The notes below the pieces were generated by a model. That model saw only the letters and a list, made by a program, of their open reading frames with translations. It was not told the DNA's origin and did no database searches. Shown here in pieces: positions 1 to 13,692 of a DNA stretch of 64,000 nt (position 1 is the first letter of the stretch; each line of letters opens with the position of its first letter). The DNA lies in NCBI GenBank assembly GCA_964291285.2, contig OZ219787.1, positions 1,664,001 to 1,728,000 of the forward strand. Direction: 5' to 3'. This DNA is from Alphaproteobacteria bacterium. Lineage in GTDB: Bacteria; Pseudomonadota; Alphaproteobacteria; Bin95. Both the position numbers and the translations under genes were made by a program.

Positions 1-54
1 GGCGTGCTCAAACGGGTCGAACAGATGTTCGCTGTGCGCCTCGAATTCTTCTAG
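1..54 (+). CDS. trkA: 3' end of Trk potassium uptake protein TrkA (partial)
   Basis: Frame 1 reads GVLKRVEQMFAVRLEFF*. This resembles the TrkA C-terminus and fits the alphaproteobacterial trkA-dat-hfq-hflX order. Confidence 0.65.
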   Translation, partial: GVLKRVEQMFAVRLEFF

Positions 55-74
55 AGACAGGGAAGGGAATCCGC

Positions 75-938
75 TTGGCCAGAATCGCCTATGTCAACGG
101 CCGCTATGTGCCGCATCGCGAAGCGGCGGTGCATGTGGAGGACCGGGGCTACCAGTTCGCCGACGGCGTTTACGAAGTCATCACCGTGCGCGCCGGCGGG
201 TTCGTCGATGCCGAACCGCATCTCGACCGGCTGGACCGTTCGCTCGGCGAGCTGCGGATCGCGCCGCCCATGGACCGCCCGGCCCTGCATCATGTGCTGC
301 GCGAAGTAAGGCGACGCAACCGCATAACGGACGGCATCGTCTATCTCCAGGCGACGCGTGGCGTGGCCCGCCGCGATCACCCGTTCCCGGCTGAGGCGGA
401 AACCGCCCTGGTCGTGACCGGCAGCCGCAGGCCGCCCCCGAATCCCGCAATACTGGAAACCGGGGTCAATGCCGTGTCGGTGCCCGACAACCGCTGGAAA
501 CGCTGCGACATCAAGTCGGTCTCGCTGCTGCCCAACATCCTCGCCAAGCAGGCCGCGCGGGAAGCTGGCGCCTATGAGGCCGTGTTCGTGGACGAGGAGG
601 GTTTTGTCACCGAAGGCGCCTCGACCAATGTCTGGATCGTGACCCCCGGCGGCGAACTGCTGACCAGGGAGCTTGACCACGGGATTCTGGCGGGCGTCAC
701 CCGCGGCACCATCGTGAAGCTGGCTGAACGCCTCGGCCTTTCGTTCGCCGAACGCCGTTTCACCATCGATGAGGCCAAACGCGCCCGCGAAGCCTTCGTT
801 ACCAGCGCGACCTCCTTTGTGACCCCGGTGGTGTGCATCGACGAGGCGGTTGTCGGCAACGGCAAGCCCGGCTCGACCGCCCACGCCCTGTTCGAAGTCT
901 ATGCGCGCTACATGGAGCAGGGAGACGCTGCTGCATGA
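75..938 (+). CDS. dat: D-amino-acid transaminase (PLP fold type IV)
   Basis: DRGYQFADGVYEV, DIKSVSLL (PLP Lys), EGASTN, GILAGVTR motifs; TTG start. Confidence 0.9.
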   Translation: MARIAYVNGRYVPHREAAVHVEDRGYQFADGVYEVITVRAGGFVDAEPHLDRLDRSLGELRIAPPMDRPALHHVLREVRRRNRITDGIVYLQATRGVARRDHPFPAEAETALVVTGSRRPPPNPAILETGVNAVSVPDNRWKRCDIKSVSLLPNILAKQAAREAGAYEAVFVDEEGFVTEGASTNVWIVTPGGELLTRELDHGILAGVTRGTIVKLAERLGLSFAERRFTIDEAKRAREAFVTSATSFVTPVVCIDEAVVGNGKPGSTAHALFEVYARYMEQGDAAA

Positions 939-1573
939 CCCGTCCCGTCGTCCTCTTCGACTGGGACGGGACGCTGGTAGACAATTGGCCGGTCATCCAT
1001 GACGCGCTTGCGGTCACACGGGAATCATTCGGACTGCCGCCCTGGAGCCTTGGCGAGACCTTGCAGCATGTGTCCCGCTCCGGCCGCGAGAGCTTCCCGA
1101 AGATGTTTGGCGCCGACTGGCGGCGGGCGAGCGACATGTTCTATGCCGCCTTCGAAGCCCGGCACCTGGATGCGCTGACGCTCCTGCCCGGCGCCGAGAC
1201 CTGTCTGAACCGCCTCGAGGCCGCGGGATTTCCCCTCGCCGTCGTGTCCAACAAGAATGGCGCCTATCTTCGCCGCGAGGCGGACCGCCTCGGCTGGACC
1301 GGCCGCTTCGAGGCGCTTGTCGGGGCGGGGGACGCATGCCGCGACAAGCCGGATGCCGCGCCTGTCCGGCTGGCTCTCGGTGGCCGGCCGGGACACTGGC
1401 TGGTCGGGGATTCGGACACCGACATCCGCACGGCGCGCAATGCCGGGCTGCGTTCGGCAATCGTGCCTTATGCCGATGGCCTCGAGCCCGGTCCGGATGC
1501 GGACGCGCGCTGCGACAGTCTGGCCGCGATCCCGGACCTTGTCCTGTTCTCGCGCCGTATCAATTTAGAATGA
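935..1573 (+). CDS. HAD-family hydrolase (phosphoglycolate phosphatase-like)
   Basis: FDWDGTLVD, VSNK, KPD, VGDSDTD motifs; ATGA overlap with dat stop. Confidence 0.88.
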   Translation: MTRPVVLFDWDGTLVDNWPVIHDALAVTRESFGLPPWSLGETLQHVSRSGRESFPKMFGADWRRASDMFYAAFEARHLDALTLLPGAETCLNRLEAAGFPLAVVSNKNGAYLRREADRLGWTGRFEALVGAGDACRDKPDAAPVRLALGGRPGHWLVGDSDTDIRTARNAGLRSAIVPYADGLEPGPDADARCDSLAAIPDLVLFSRRINLE

Positions 1574-1642
1574 AGAGAGGAAGATGCCTCGGTCCCGGCA
1601 ATGGCCTGGCAGCTTCCCTTGCGCGAGCCGGGGTCAGTGCCG

Positions 1643-1891
1643 ATGTCGTCTGCCCAGAAGAGCAGGAGCCTCCAAGACCAGTTCCTCAACCACATCAGGA
1701 AGGCGAAGGCGCCCGTCACGGTGTTCCTCGTCAACGGCGTCAAATTGCAGGGCCTGGTGGTTTCGTTCGATAATTTCTCCGTGCTGCTGCGCCGCGACGG
1801 CCATTCGCAGCTGGTCTACAAGCACGCGATCTCGACCATCATGCCGTCGACGCCGATCCAGCTCTTTGATCGCGAAGACGATCCCGCTTGA
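1643..1891 (+). CDS. hfq: RNA chaperone Hfq
   Basis: LQDQFLN...[13 protein letters not shown]...FDNF...[11 protein letters not shown]. Confidence 0.97.
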   Translation: MSSAQKSRSLQDQFLNHIRKAKAPVTVFLVNGVKLQGLVVSFDNFSVLLRRDGHSQLVYKHAISTIMPSTPIQLFDREDDPA

Positions 1892-3156
1892 GCGAAGCCG
1901 CCCTCGTCCTCCACCCGGTCGTCCGCAGGGACGCGCTCAGAGCGCCCGAAGCGCGCCTTGCCGAGGCCGTCCGGCTGACCGAATCCATCGGCGTCGAGGT
2001 TCCCGCGACGCGCATTGTGCGCCTGGCCCGGCCGCGCCCGGCGACCCTGCTCGGCAACGGCGCGATAGACGATGTGAAGGACGCGCTGGCCGAGAAGGAA
2101 GCCGGCCTCGTCGTTGTGGACGGCGCGCTGACGCCGGTGCAGCAACGCAATCTGGAGCGGGCCTGGGACGCCAAGGTCATCGACCGCACGGGGCTAATTC
2201 TGGAGATATTCGGCGCCAGGGCGCGGACGCGGGAAGGCGTGTTGCAGGTGGACCTTGCCGCGCTCAGCTACCAGCGCACCCGCCTTGTCCGTTCCTGGAC
2301 GCATCTTGAGCGCCAGCGGGGCGGCGCGGGCTTCCTCGGCGGACCGGGCGAGGCCCAGATAGAGATCGACCGCCGGCTGATCGACGAAAAGATCGTCAAG
2401 CTGAAGCGCCAGCTGGAGGACGTGCGCCGTACACGCGGCATCCAGCGCCGCGCGCGCAGGCGCGTGCCGTTCCCCGTCGTCGCACTGGTCGGATACACCA
2501 ATGCCGGAAAATCCACACTGTTCAACCGCCTGACCGGCAGCGGCGTTGTTGCGCAGGACCGGCTTTTCGCGACCTTGGACCCGACCATGCGCGGGCTCGA
2601 CCTGCCGTCCGGCCGGCGGGCCATCCTCTCCGACACGGTGGGGTTCATATCGGACCTGCCGACACAGCTCGTCGCCGCCTTCCGGGCCACCCTGGAAGAA
2701 GTCGTCGAGGCCGACCTGATCCTGCATGTCCGGGATATCGCCGACCCGGACGCCGCCGCACAGAAGCACGACGTCGATCTCGTGCTGGACGAGCTGGATG
2801 CGCATATGACGCCGCGGCTCGAGCTGTGGAACAAGACGGACCTGCTGGACGCGGCGCCGGCAAATGGCGGCGGCATCCCGGTTTCGGCGGTTACGGGGGA
2901 GGGCGTCGGGGACCTTCTGAATGCGGTTGACGAACAACTCGCGCACTCCCGGACGATCTCTGAATTCATCCTGCCGCCGGGTGACGGAGCGGCGATTGCC
3001 TGGCTTTACCGGCATGGCGACGTGCAGCGGCGCGCGGACAGCGACGATGGTGTGTCGTTGACGGTCGCGCTCGATCCGGCGGACCAGGCCCGGTTCGAGC
3101 AGCGTTTTCAGCCTGAGCGCAGCAGCCTCACCCCGGCGTCGCGCTCGAAAAGGTAG
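1888..3156 (+). CDS. hflX: GTPase HflX
   Basis: [26 protein letters not shown]; directly after hfq. Confidence 0.96.
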   Translation: MSEAALVLHPVVRRDALRAPEARLAEAVRLTESIGVEVPATRIVRLARPRPATLLGNGAIDDVKDALAEKEAGLVVVDGALTPVQQRNLERAWDAKVIDRTGLILEIFGARARTREGVLQVDLAALSYQRTRLVRSWTHLERQRGGAGFLGGPGEAQIEIDRRLIDEKIVKLKRQLEDVRRTRGIQRRARRRVPFPVVALVGYTNAGKSTLFNRLTGSGVVAQDRLFATLDPTMRGLDLPSGRRAILSDTVGFISDLPTQLVAAFRATLEEVVEADLILHVRDIADPDAAAQKHDVDLVLDELDAHMTPRLELWNKTDLLDAAPANGGGIPVSAVTGEGVGDLLNAVDEQLAHSRTISEFILPPGDGAAIAWLYRHGDVQRRADSDDGVSLTVALDPADQARFEQRFQPERSSLTPASRSKR

Positions 3157-5195
3157 AGCAATATCCTGAGCGCCTCGCCGCGCGGTCCGGAAAGATCGGG
3201 ATCGCGGTCCACGATCAGGCGCGCCTCGTCGCGGGCCATGCGCAGCATGTCGCCGTGCTCCTCAAGGTCGGCGATGCGGAATACGGGCAGCCCACTTTGC
3301 CGGGTGCCAAGCAATTCGCCCGCGCCTCGCAGTTCGAGGTCCGCCTCGGCGATCCGGAAGCCGTCGTCGCATTCCCGCAAGAGCCGCAGGCGCTTTTCCG
3401 CTGCGTCGCCCAGCGGCTCTGCGTAGAGCAGCACGCAGGCGCCCGTCTGCCCGCCGCGGCCAATGCGGCCGCGAAGCTGGTGCAGTTGCGCGAGGCCGAA
3501 CCGCTCCGCCTGCTCGATGACCATGATGTCCGCCGCCGGGACATCGACGCCGACCTCGATCACGGTGGTGGCCACGAGCAGGCTCGCCGTTCCTTCCGCA
3601 AAGGCTGCCATGGCCGCGGCCTTGCGGTCGGCCGCCATGCGGCCGTGAATGAGCGCCACCCGGTTGCCGAACACAGGCTGCAGTTCCGCAAAGCGCGCTT
3701 CCGCGGCGGCGGCGTCGGTCCTGTCGCTCTCTTCCACCAGCGGGCAGACCCAGTAGGCGCGGCGCCCGGCGTCGATGGCCGCGCCGATGCGCCCCACGAC
3801 CCGGTCCATCTGTTCCATGCGCAGTACGCGCGTCTCGACCGGCTTGCGGCCGGGCGGCTTCTCGTCGAGGCGCGAGGTGTCGAGGTCTCCATAGGCCGTC
3901 ATCAGCAGGGTTCGCGGGATGGGGGTCGCGGTCATCGCCAGCGTGTGGACATCCCGGCCCTTGTCGGTGAGCGCCAGGCGCTGCTCGACGCCGAAGCGGT
4001 GCTGCTCGTCGATGACGGCGAGGCGCAGGTCCGCGAAGGCCACCCTGTCCTGGAAGAGGGCATGGGTCCCGACGACGACCGGCAATGCGCCGGAAGCCAG
4101 CGCCGCCAGCACGCTGCGGCGTTGACTTGCAGTGTGGCCCCGCCCGGTCAACAGGCCGACCTCCAGTCCGGCGGGCTCCAGCAGGGCGGCCAGCGTTTCG
4201 AAATGCTGCTGCGCCAGGATTTCCGTGGGCGCCATGATCGCGGCCTGGCCACCGGCATCATGCGCCGCTGCCGCAGCCAGCGCGGCGACGACCGTCTTGC
4301 CGCTGCCGACATCGCCCTGGAGAAGACGCATCATGCGCTGGCCGGAGGCGAGGTCGCCGCCGATCTCCGCCAGCGCCCGGCGCTGCGCCCCGGTGAGCTG
4401 AAAGGGCAAATGCGCCTCCACGGCCCGGCAGGCAGGCCCGTCCAGGGGAAAGGAACGGGCGGCGCTGCGGCGCTGATGATGGCGGACCAGCGCCATGGCG
4501 AGCTGGCTTGCCAACAGCTCGTCATAGGCGAGGCGGCGGCGCGCAGGATGGCGGGCCGTCACGCCGGTTGCGTCTTCCGGACGGTGCGCGCCAAGGAGCG
4601 CCTCCCGCCAGGCGGACCAGTGTTCGCGGGCTAGCACCGAGGGCGATTGCCATTCCGGCAATTCCGGGGCGGCATCCAGCGCGGAGCCGGCCGCGCGGCG
4701 GTAAACCCTCGGGCCGAGCCCCTGCGTCAGGGGATAGACCGGCTCCACCGCCATGGACGGCGTCCAGCGTTCCGGCCGTTCGATCACATCGGGATGGGCG
4801 ATTTGCGGCGCCGAGCGGTACCATTCGACGAGGCCGCTCACCACCCGGGCCTCTCCGACAGGCAGCGCGGACGCCAGATAGTCGGGCCGGGCGTTGAAGA
4901 ACACGAGATCGATTGCGCCCGTGTCGTCCCGGCAACGGACCTTGTAGGGCAGGCGGGTGCCGCGCGGAGGCGGGCGGTGTTCCTCGACGAGAAGGGTGAA
5001 GGTGGCAATGCGCCCGTCCGGCGCTTCGGCGACGGAAGGCGCGAAGCGCCGGTCCACTAGACCCGTCGGGAGCTGCAGGCAGAGGTCGATCTTTCGCGGT
5101 CCCGCAACCCTGCCGATCAGCCCGGCGATGCGCGGCCCGACGCCGGCGATCGCCGTGACCGGCTCGAACAGGGGGAACAGGATTTCGGGTCGCAA
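3108..5195 (-). CDS. recG: ATP-dependent DNA helicase RecG
   Basis: LLQGDVGSGKT, DEQHRFG, MTATPIPRT, QLHQLRGR; TTG start at LRPEILFPLF. Confidence 0.96.
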   Translation of the reverse strand: MRPEILFPLFEPVTAIAGVGPRIAGLIGRVAGPRKIDLCLQLPTGLVDRRFAPSVAEAPDGRIATFTLLVEEHRPPPRGTRLPYKVRCRDDTGAIDLVFFNARPDYLASALPVGEARVVSGLVEWYRSAPQIAHPDVIERPERWTPSMAVEPVYPLTQGLGPRVYRRAAGSALDAAPELPEWQSPSVLAREHWSAWREALLGAHRPEDATGVTARHPARRRLAYDELLASQLAMALVRHHQRRSAARSFPLDGPACRAVEAHLPFQLTGAQRRALAEIGGDLASGQRMMRLLQGDVGSGKTVVAALAAAAAHDAGGQAAIMAPTEILAQQHFETLAALLEPAGLEVGLLTGRGHTASQRRSVLAALASGALPVVVGTHALFQDRVAFADLRLAVIDEQHRFGVEQRLALTDKGRDVHTLAMTATPIPRTLLMTAYGDLDTSRLDEKPPGRKPVETRVLRMEQMDRVVGRIGAAIDAGRRAYWVCPLVEESDRTDAAAAEARFAELQPVFGNRVALIHGRMAADRKAAAMAAFAEGTASLLVATTVIEVGVDVPAADIMVIEQAERFGLAQLHQLRGRIGRGGQTGACVLLYAEPLGDAAEKRLRLLRECDDGFRIAEADLELRGAGELLGTRQSGLPVFRIADLEEHGDMLRMARDEARLIVDRDPDLSGPRGEALRILLYLFERDAGVRLLRSG

Positions 5196-5266
5196 CGCCT
5201 CGTCTCTGTGGCTGACATCGCTCGGCCGGCAATTTATACCACCGGCCACATCGAGGGGGCGAAGCG

Positions 5267-5520
5267 TTGCAGGACGAGCTCGAATACCTGCGCAAGCGGC
5301 TGCGGTTCCGGGCCTGGCACCGGGGCACGAAGGAAGCCGACCTGCTTCTCGGCCCCTTGGCGGACGCCTGGCTGGACAATCTCGACGAAGACGGGCTCGC
5401 AAGCTTCGAAGCGCTTCTGGCCCGGTCCGACCCCGAGATCATGGACTGGGTGACCGGCGCGGCCGAGCCGCCCGACGACCCGGTCGTGGCCCGTCTGATC
5501 GCCTCCGTGCCCAGGGCCGG

Positions 5521-5524
<4 letters not shown>
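5267..5524 (+). CDS. sdhE: Succinate dehydrogenase flavinylation factor SdhE/Sdh5
   Basis: RKRLRFRAWHRGTKEADL (RGxxE motif); typical position between recG and mfd. Confidence 0.9.
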
Positions 5525-8952
<3,428 letters not shown>

Positions 8953-9093
8953 CCGCAGGGCGCGGCTGCTCCGCATTGTGAGTCCTGTATCGGGATACCG
9001 TTTATGCGGGCCGATGCCGGGATTATGGTATCGTAAAGCCGGCCGCCGGACGGCGGTTGCCGCGTTCGTCATCCGCGAAGGGACGAGGGAGCC

Positions 9094-9525
9094 GTGGACG
9101 AAGACCGGGTTGAAATCTCGATCGCCAACGACGTGCATGAGATCGCCGATGTCGCCGCCCGGATCGACGAGTTCTGCGAGGCCCGCGGGATCGGGCCGAT
9201 GACCGCCAATGCGGTCAATGTGTCGATCGACGAAATCCTGACGAACACGATCGACTACGGTTATGACGATGAAGGCCCGCACCGCATCGGTATTGCGCTC
9301 AGCAGGCAGGCTGACGCGCTGGTGGTCGAGATCGACGACGACAGCCGGGCGTTCGACCCCTCGGGACCGCCGCCGGGCGTCGATTTCGACGCATCGCTGG
9401 AAGAACGCGCCGTCGGCGGCCTCGGGCTCTTCCTGGTGCATGAACTGATGGACAGCGTGAACTACCGCCGGGCCGAGGGCCGCAATGTCGTGACGCTCAC
9501 GAAGAGCCTGGTTGAGACCGACTGA
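9094..9525 (+). CDS. Anti-sigma-factor-type Ser/Thr kinase (RsbW/SpoIIAB-like HATPase)
   Basis: SIDEILTN (N box), EIDDD...FDP, GGLGLFLV (G2 box). Confidence 0.85.
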   Translation: MDEDRVEISIANDVHEIADVAARIDEFCEARGIGPMTANAVNVSIDEILTNTIDYGYDDEGPHRIGIALSRQADALVVEIDDDSRAFDPSGPPPGVDFDASLEERAVGGLGLFLVHELMDSVNYRRAEGRNVVTLTKSLVETD

Positions 9526-9541
9526 GCGAGCCGGCGCGCGC

Positions 9542-10822
9542 TCAGGTGTTCGACAAACGGCTTTCGTCGTAGTCCTTGCTGATGCGGTAGAAGTGCGGCG
9601 TCACCGGGTCGAGGCCGGAGCGCTCATGCTCGCGGACGACATTGCGCGCGATGCCGCGCAAATGCACCTCGTCCGGCCCGTCGATGAACTGGAGCGCCCG
9701 GCCCCAGGTCCAGAGCCAGGAAAGCGGCGTGTCGGGCGTGAGCCCCATGGAGCCGAACACCTGCATCGCGCGGTTGGAGACCTCGGTCTGGAGGCGGGCT
9801 GCCACTACCTTGATCTGCGAGACCTCGTTGCGGGCCGCCTTGTTGCCGTGGTGGTCGATCAGCCAGGCGGTGCGCAGGCACAGAAGGCGCGCCATGTCGA
9901 TCTCGGTCCGCGAGAGCGCCACGGCTTCCCGCACCGTGTCGTGGTCGATGGTGCGCTTGCCGAAGGTCGTGCGGTTCAGCCCGCGCTCGATCATCAGCTG
10001 CAGGGCCACTTCGCACTGCCCGATGGTGCGCATGCAATGGTGGATTCGCCCGGGCCCGAGCCGCGCCTGCGCGATGGCGAAGCCGCCGCCTTCCTCGCCG
10101 ATCAGGTTGTCAATGGGCACGCGGACATTCTCGAACACCACCTCGCAATGCCCCTCCGGCGCGATGTGGTGCATGACCGGGATGTTGCGTGCGATGCGCA
10201 CGCCCGGCGTGCCGGGATCGACGAGCACCTGGCTCTGGCGGCGGTGCACCGCGGCGTCGGGGTCGGTCACGCCCATGACGATCATCACGCCGAGCTCGGG
10301 ATGGGCGGCGTTGGTGATGAACCATTTGCGCCCGTCGATGACCCACTCATCGCCCTCGCGCCGGATGCGCGTCTGCACGTTGGTGGCGTCCGAGGAGGCG
10401 ACCTCGGGCTCTGTCATGCAGAAGGCGGACCGGATCTTCCCGTCCAGCAGCGGCTCCAGGTAGCGGCGCTTCTGCTCCGGCGTGCCGAACATATGGAACA
10501 CTTCCATATTGCCCGTGTCCGGCGCGTTGCAATTGAACATCTCCGGGGCCCAGTAGATGCGTCCCATGATCTCGGCGAGCGGCGCATATTCGAGATTGGT
10601 GCAGCGCGTGCCGGGCGCGTCCTCGGGCAGCGAGGGCAGGAACATGTTCCAGAGCCCCTCTTCGCGTGCGCGGTCCTTGATGGCGGCGCAGAACGGGGGC
10701 GGGAAGATGCCCTGTTCGGTCAGTTCGTGCCATTCCTTGTCGCGCGGCACGATTTCGCGGGCCATGAAACGGGTGAGCTGCTCCTGCAGCTGGCGAACCC
10801 TGTCGGAGTATCCGAAATCCAT
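9542..10822 (-). CDS. Acyl-CoA dehydrogenase (FadE1-like group)
   Basis: FNCNAPDTGNME, MTEPEVASSDATN, AQARLGPGRIHHCMR, DGPDEVH. Confidence 0.93.
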   Translation of the reverse strand: MDFGYSDRVRQLQEQLTRFMAREIVPRDKEWHELTEQGIFPPPFCAAIKDRAREEGLWNMFLPSLPEDAPGTRCTNLEYAPLAEIMGRIYWAPEMFNCNAPDTGNMEVFHMFGTPEQKRRYLEPLLDGKIRSAFCMTEPEVASSDATNVQTRIRREGDEWVIDGRKWFITNAAHPELGVMIVMGVTDPDAAVHRRQSQVLVDPGTPGVRIARNIPVMHHIAPEGHCEVVFENVRVPIDNLIGEEGGGFAIAQARLGPGRIHHCMRTIGQCEVALQLMIERGLNRTTFGKRTIDHDTVREAVALSRTEIDMARLLCLRTAWLIDHHGNKAARNEVSQIKVVAARLQTEVSNRAMQVFGSMGLTPDTPLSWLWTWGRALQFIDGPDEVHLRGIARNVVREHERSGLDPVTPHFYRISKDYDESRLSNT

Positions 10823-10850
10823 TGCGACTCGCTTTCGGGTGGGCGGCGCC

Positions 10851-11717
10851 TCAGCACGCTTCGCCGGCCATGTCGCTGCGCGACGGTGAGACCGGATAGA
10901 CGCCGAGGATGCGGATTTCGCGCGAAAAGAAGTCGAGCTCCTCAAGCGCCAGCCGGACGGAATGGTCCTCTGGGTGCCCCTCAATGTCGGCGTAGAACAG
11001 CGTGGCGGTGAAGCTGCCGTCGGTCATGTAGCTTTCGAGCTTGGTCATGTTGACGCTGTTGGTGGCGAAGCCGCCGAGCGCCTTGTAGAGCGCGGCGGGC
11101 ACATTGCGGACCTTGAACAAGAGCGTGGTCGTCACCGGCTCGCCCGGCGGCGGGTGCGCCGGTTCGCGGGCAAGGACGATGAAGCGGGTCGTGTTGTGCG
11201 CGGCATCCTCGATGTCGGCGCGCAGGATTTGCAGCCCGTAATGCTCGGCGGCAAGCGTGGACGCGATCGCGGCTTCCCCGGGATCGGCCAGCCGCGCCAC
11301 CTCGGCGGCGGCGCCTGCGGTGTCGGCGTGGACGAGCGCGGTGAGACCGAGTTCGCGGATCAGCCGGCCGCACTGGCCGAGCGCATGGACGTGGCTGCGC
11401 ACCCGCCGGATCGTCTCCAGGCTGGCGCCGGGCGCGGCGAGAAGCTGGTGGCGCACCAGCTCGAAATGCTCGGCGACGATGTGCAGCCCGGTTTCCGGCA
11501 GCAGCCGGTGAATGTCGGCTACACGCCCGGCGATGGAGTTTTCGATGGGAATCATCCCAAGCACCGCCTCGCCGTCCTCCACCGCTGCGAAAGCGTCCTC
11601 GAAGGCCCGGCAGGGGAGCGGTTCCAGATCCGGATAGGCCCGGCGGCAGGCAAGGTCTGAATAGGCGCCCGGTTCGCCCTGAAAGGCGATCCGGCGGGCG
11701 TCGGCTTCGGCGGCCAT
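10851..11717 (-). CDS. pheA: Prephenate dehydratase
   Basis: IAFQGEPGAYS, PIENS, NTTRF, ACT domain with TKLES. Confidence 0.95.
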   Translation of the reverse strand: MAAEADARRIAFQGEPGAYSDLACRRAYPDLEPLPCRAFEDAFAAVEDGEAVLGMIPIENSIAGRVADIHRLLPETGLHIVAEHFELVRHQLLAAPGASLETIRRVRSHVHALGQCGRLIRELGLTALVHADTAGAAAEVARLADPGEAAIASTLAAEHYGLQILRADIEDAAHNTTRFIVLAREPAHPPPGEPVTTTLLFKVRNVPAALYKALGGFATNSVNMTKLESYMTDGSFTATLFYADIEGHPEDHSVRLALEELDFFSREIRILGVYPVSPSRSDMAGEAC

Positions 11718-11730
11718 CGGATGCTTCGAC

Positions 11731-12459
11731 TTATCGTTGCGGGGCAAGGAGTTCCCGCGCTCGGGCGAGGTCGGCGGGAGTATCGACACCGAGCGGAACG
11801 CTGTCAACGACCGCCACCGCCATCTGCATTCCCGCTTCCAGTGCGCGCAACTGCTCCAGTTTCTCGCGCTGCTCCAGCGGGCTCGGCGGCAGCGCCGTGA
11901 AGCGTTCGAGCGCCGCCCGGCGCCAGGCATAGAGGCCGATATGGTGGAAGAGCGGGCCGGGACCCGTCGGCGCGGTTGCGCGCGTGAAATAGAGCGCGCG
12001 TCCGTCCGCGCCGAACACTGCCTTCACGACATTGGGGTTCGCGCGTTCCTCCTCGCGCACGATCTCGGCCGCGACCGTGCCGATATCCACATTCGGGTCG
12101 TCAAGCAGGGCCAGCGCGGCGCGGATATCTCCCGGCGGCACGGTCGGCAGGTCGCCTTGGAGGTTGACCACCCGGTCGAACCGCCGGCCGGGGTCGAAGG
12201 CGTCGAGCGCGGCGCGGATGCGGTCCGAGCCGGAGGGCAGGTCCGGGTCCGTCATCGCCGCCTCGCCGCCCGCTTTGCGCACCGCCTCGGCCACTTCCGG
12301 CTCGCAGCAGGCGACGAGCACCGGTCCGACGCCGGCCTCCAGGGCGCGTCGGAGCACATGGACGACCAGCGGCCGCCCGGCGATGTCCGCCAGCGGCTTG
12401 CCGGGCAGGCGCGCGGACGCCATCCGCGCGGGTATCGCGATCAGCGCAGAACCGCTCAT
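11731..12459 (-). CDS. kdsB: 3-deoxy-manno-octulosonate cytidylyltransferase
   Basis: [38 protein letters not shown]. Confidence 0.96.
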   Translation of the reverse strand: MSGSALIAIPARMASARLPGKPLADIAGRPLVVHVLRRALEAGVGPVLVACCEPEVAEAVRKAGGEAAMTDPDLPSGSDRIRAALDAFDPGRRFDRVVNLQGDLPTVPPGDIRAALALLDDPNVDIGTVAAEIVREEERANPNVVKAVFGADGRALYFTRATAPTGPGPLFHHIGLYAWRRAALERFTALPPSPLEQREKLEQLRALEAGMQMAVAVVDSVPLGVDTPADLARARELLAPQR

Positions 12460-12606
12460 CGCTTGGGATTTACGCGACGCAACGCCGCATATCCGCTCAT
12501 TTCAGCCGTCCCTACACTCGGATTCCGACAGAGGAATTCCCGGCACACGCCATGCCGCCGTGCAAGAATGCCCTGGCGCGCGCGGCCGTCAACTGGACGA
12601 CAAGGC

Positions 12607-13668
12607 ATGGATTTTTTCGAGGTCAACAAAATTGCAGGCGGGCTCCTGCTGGCCGGCGTCGTCACCATCTTTATCGGCATTTTCGGCAATACTCTGGTCC
12701 CCAAACATGATGGCGGGCACGGCGCTGAGCCCCACGCGGCCGACATGGCCGCCGCGGTTCCCGCCGCGCGGACTGAACCGGCGGGCCCCGAGCCCATCGC
12801 CGGCATGCTGGCCGAGGCCGATATCGCGCGCGGCGAGTCGATCACCAAGAAATGCACCGCCTGCCATACCTTCGGTGAAGGCGGCGCGGCCAAGCAGGGG
12901 CCGAACCTCTACAATATCGTCGGCGCGGACATCGCGGCGCGGGACGACTTCGGATATTCCGACGCGATGGCCGAACATCCGGGCGAGTGGGACTACGCCA
13001 ATCTCAACGCCTTCCTCTTCAAGCCGAAGAGGTTCCTCAAGGGCACCAAGATGACTTTCGTCGGGCTGAAGAAGGCCCGCGACCGCGCCGATCTCATCGC
13101 CTATCTGCGCACGCTCTCCGCCTCGCCGCAGCCGCTGCCGGAAGGCGGCGCGGACGGGCCGGCCAAGGAGGGCGAAGCCGAACCCAAGGCGGCCCTGCCG
13201 GCGGAACCGGACCGCAAGCGCGCAGCCGGGGAACCCTCTCCCGCGCCGGAAACGGAAGAGCGCCTTGGCTGGAGCTTCTCGCTGATCGGGTCGGCCATGG
13301 CGGCGGAGCCGGCCAAGGACCTGGCCGAGCGCCTCGCGGCCGGCGATCCCGAGGCCGGCAAGAAAGTGTGGCGCAAGTGCAAGGCCTGTCACACCGTCAA
13401 GAAGGGCGGCAAGAAGCGCATCGGCCCCAATCTCTGGAATATCGTCGGCGCGGATGTGGGAGCACGCGAGGGCTTCAAATATTCCAAGGGCATGCTGGCG
13501 TTCGGCGGCCAGTGGACCTACGAGCGGCTCGACGCCTACCTCACGAAGCCGAGGAAGGTGGTGAAGGGCGGCAAGATGTCCTTTGTCGGCCTCAAGAAGC
13601 CGAAGGACCGCGCCAATGTCATCCTCTTCCTGCGGAGCATGGCGGACGAACCGCTGCCGCTCCCCTGA
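12607..13668 (+). CDS. Membrane-anchored c-type cytochrome with two tandem cytochrome c2-like domains
   Basis: N-terminal FEVNKIAG anchor; CTACH...GPNL...GTKM and CKACH...GPNL...GGKM. Confidence 0.9.
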   Translation: MDFFEVNKIAGGLLLAGVVTIFIGIFGNTLVPKHDGGHGAEPHAADMAAAVPAARTEPAGPEPIAGMLAEADIARGESITKKCTACHTFGEGGAAKQGPNLYNIVGADIAARDDFGYSDAMAEHPGEWDYANLNAFLFKPKRFLKGTKMTFVGLKKARDRADLIAYLRTLSASPQPLPEGGADGPAKEGEAEPKAALPAEPDRKRAAGEPSPAPETEERLGWSFSLIGSAMAAEPAKDLAERLAAGDPEAGKKVWRKCKACHTVKKGGKKRIGPNLWNIVGADVGAREGFKYSKGMLAFGGQWTYERLDAYLTKPRKVVKGGKMSFVGLKKPKDRANVILFLRSMADEPLPLP

Positions 13669-13692
13669 GGCGCCTCGACGCGCGCCGGCCTG

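Noticed and set aside
3108-3156. 49-nt convergent overlap of hflX and recG
   Set aside because: Real but unremarkable. Short tail overlaps are common in compact high-GC genomes.
4957-5520. Extended N-termini of mfd (4957) and recG (5402) in the ORF track
   Set aside because: They overlap each other and sdhE. Family-like sequence begins at 5521 and 5195.
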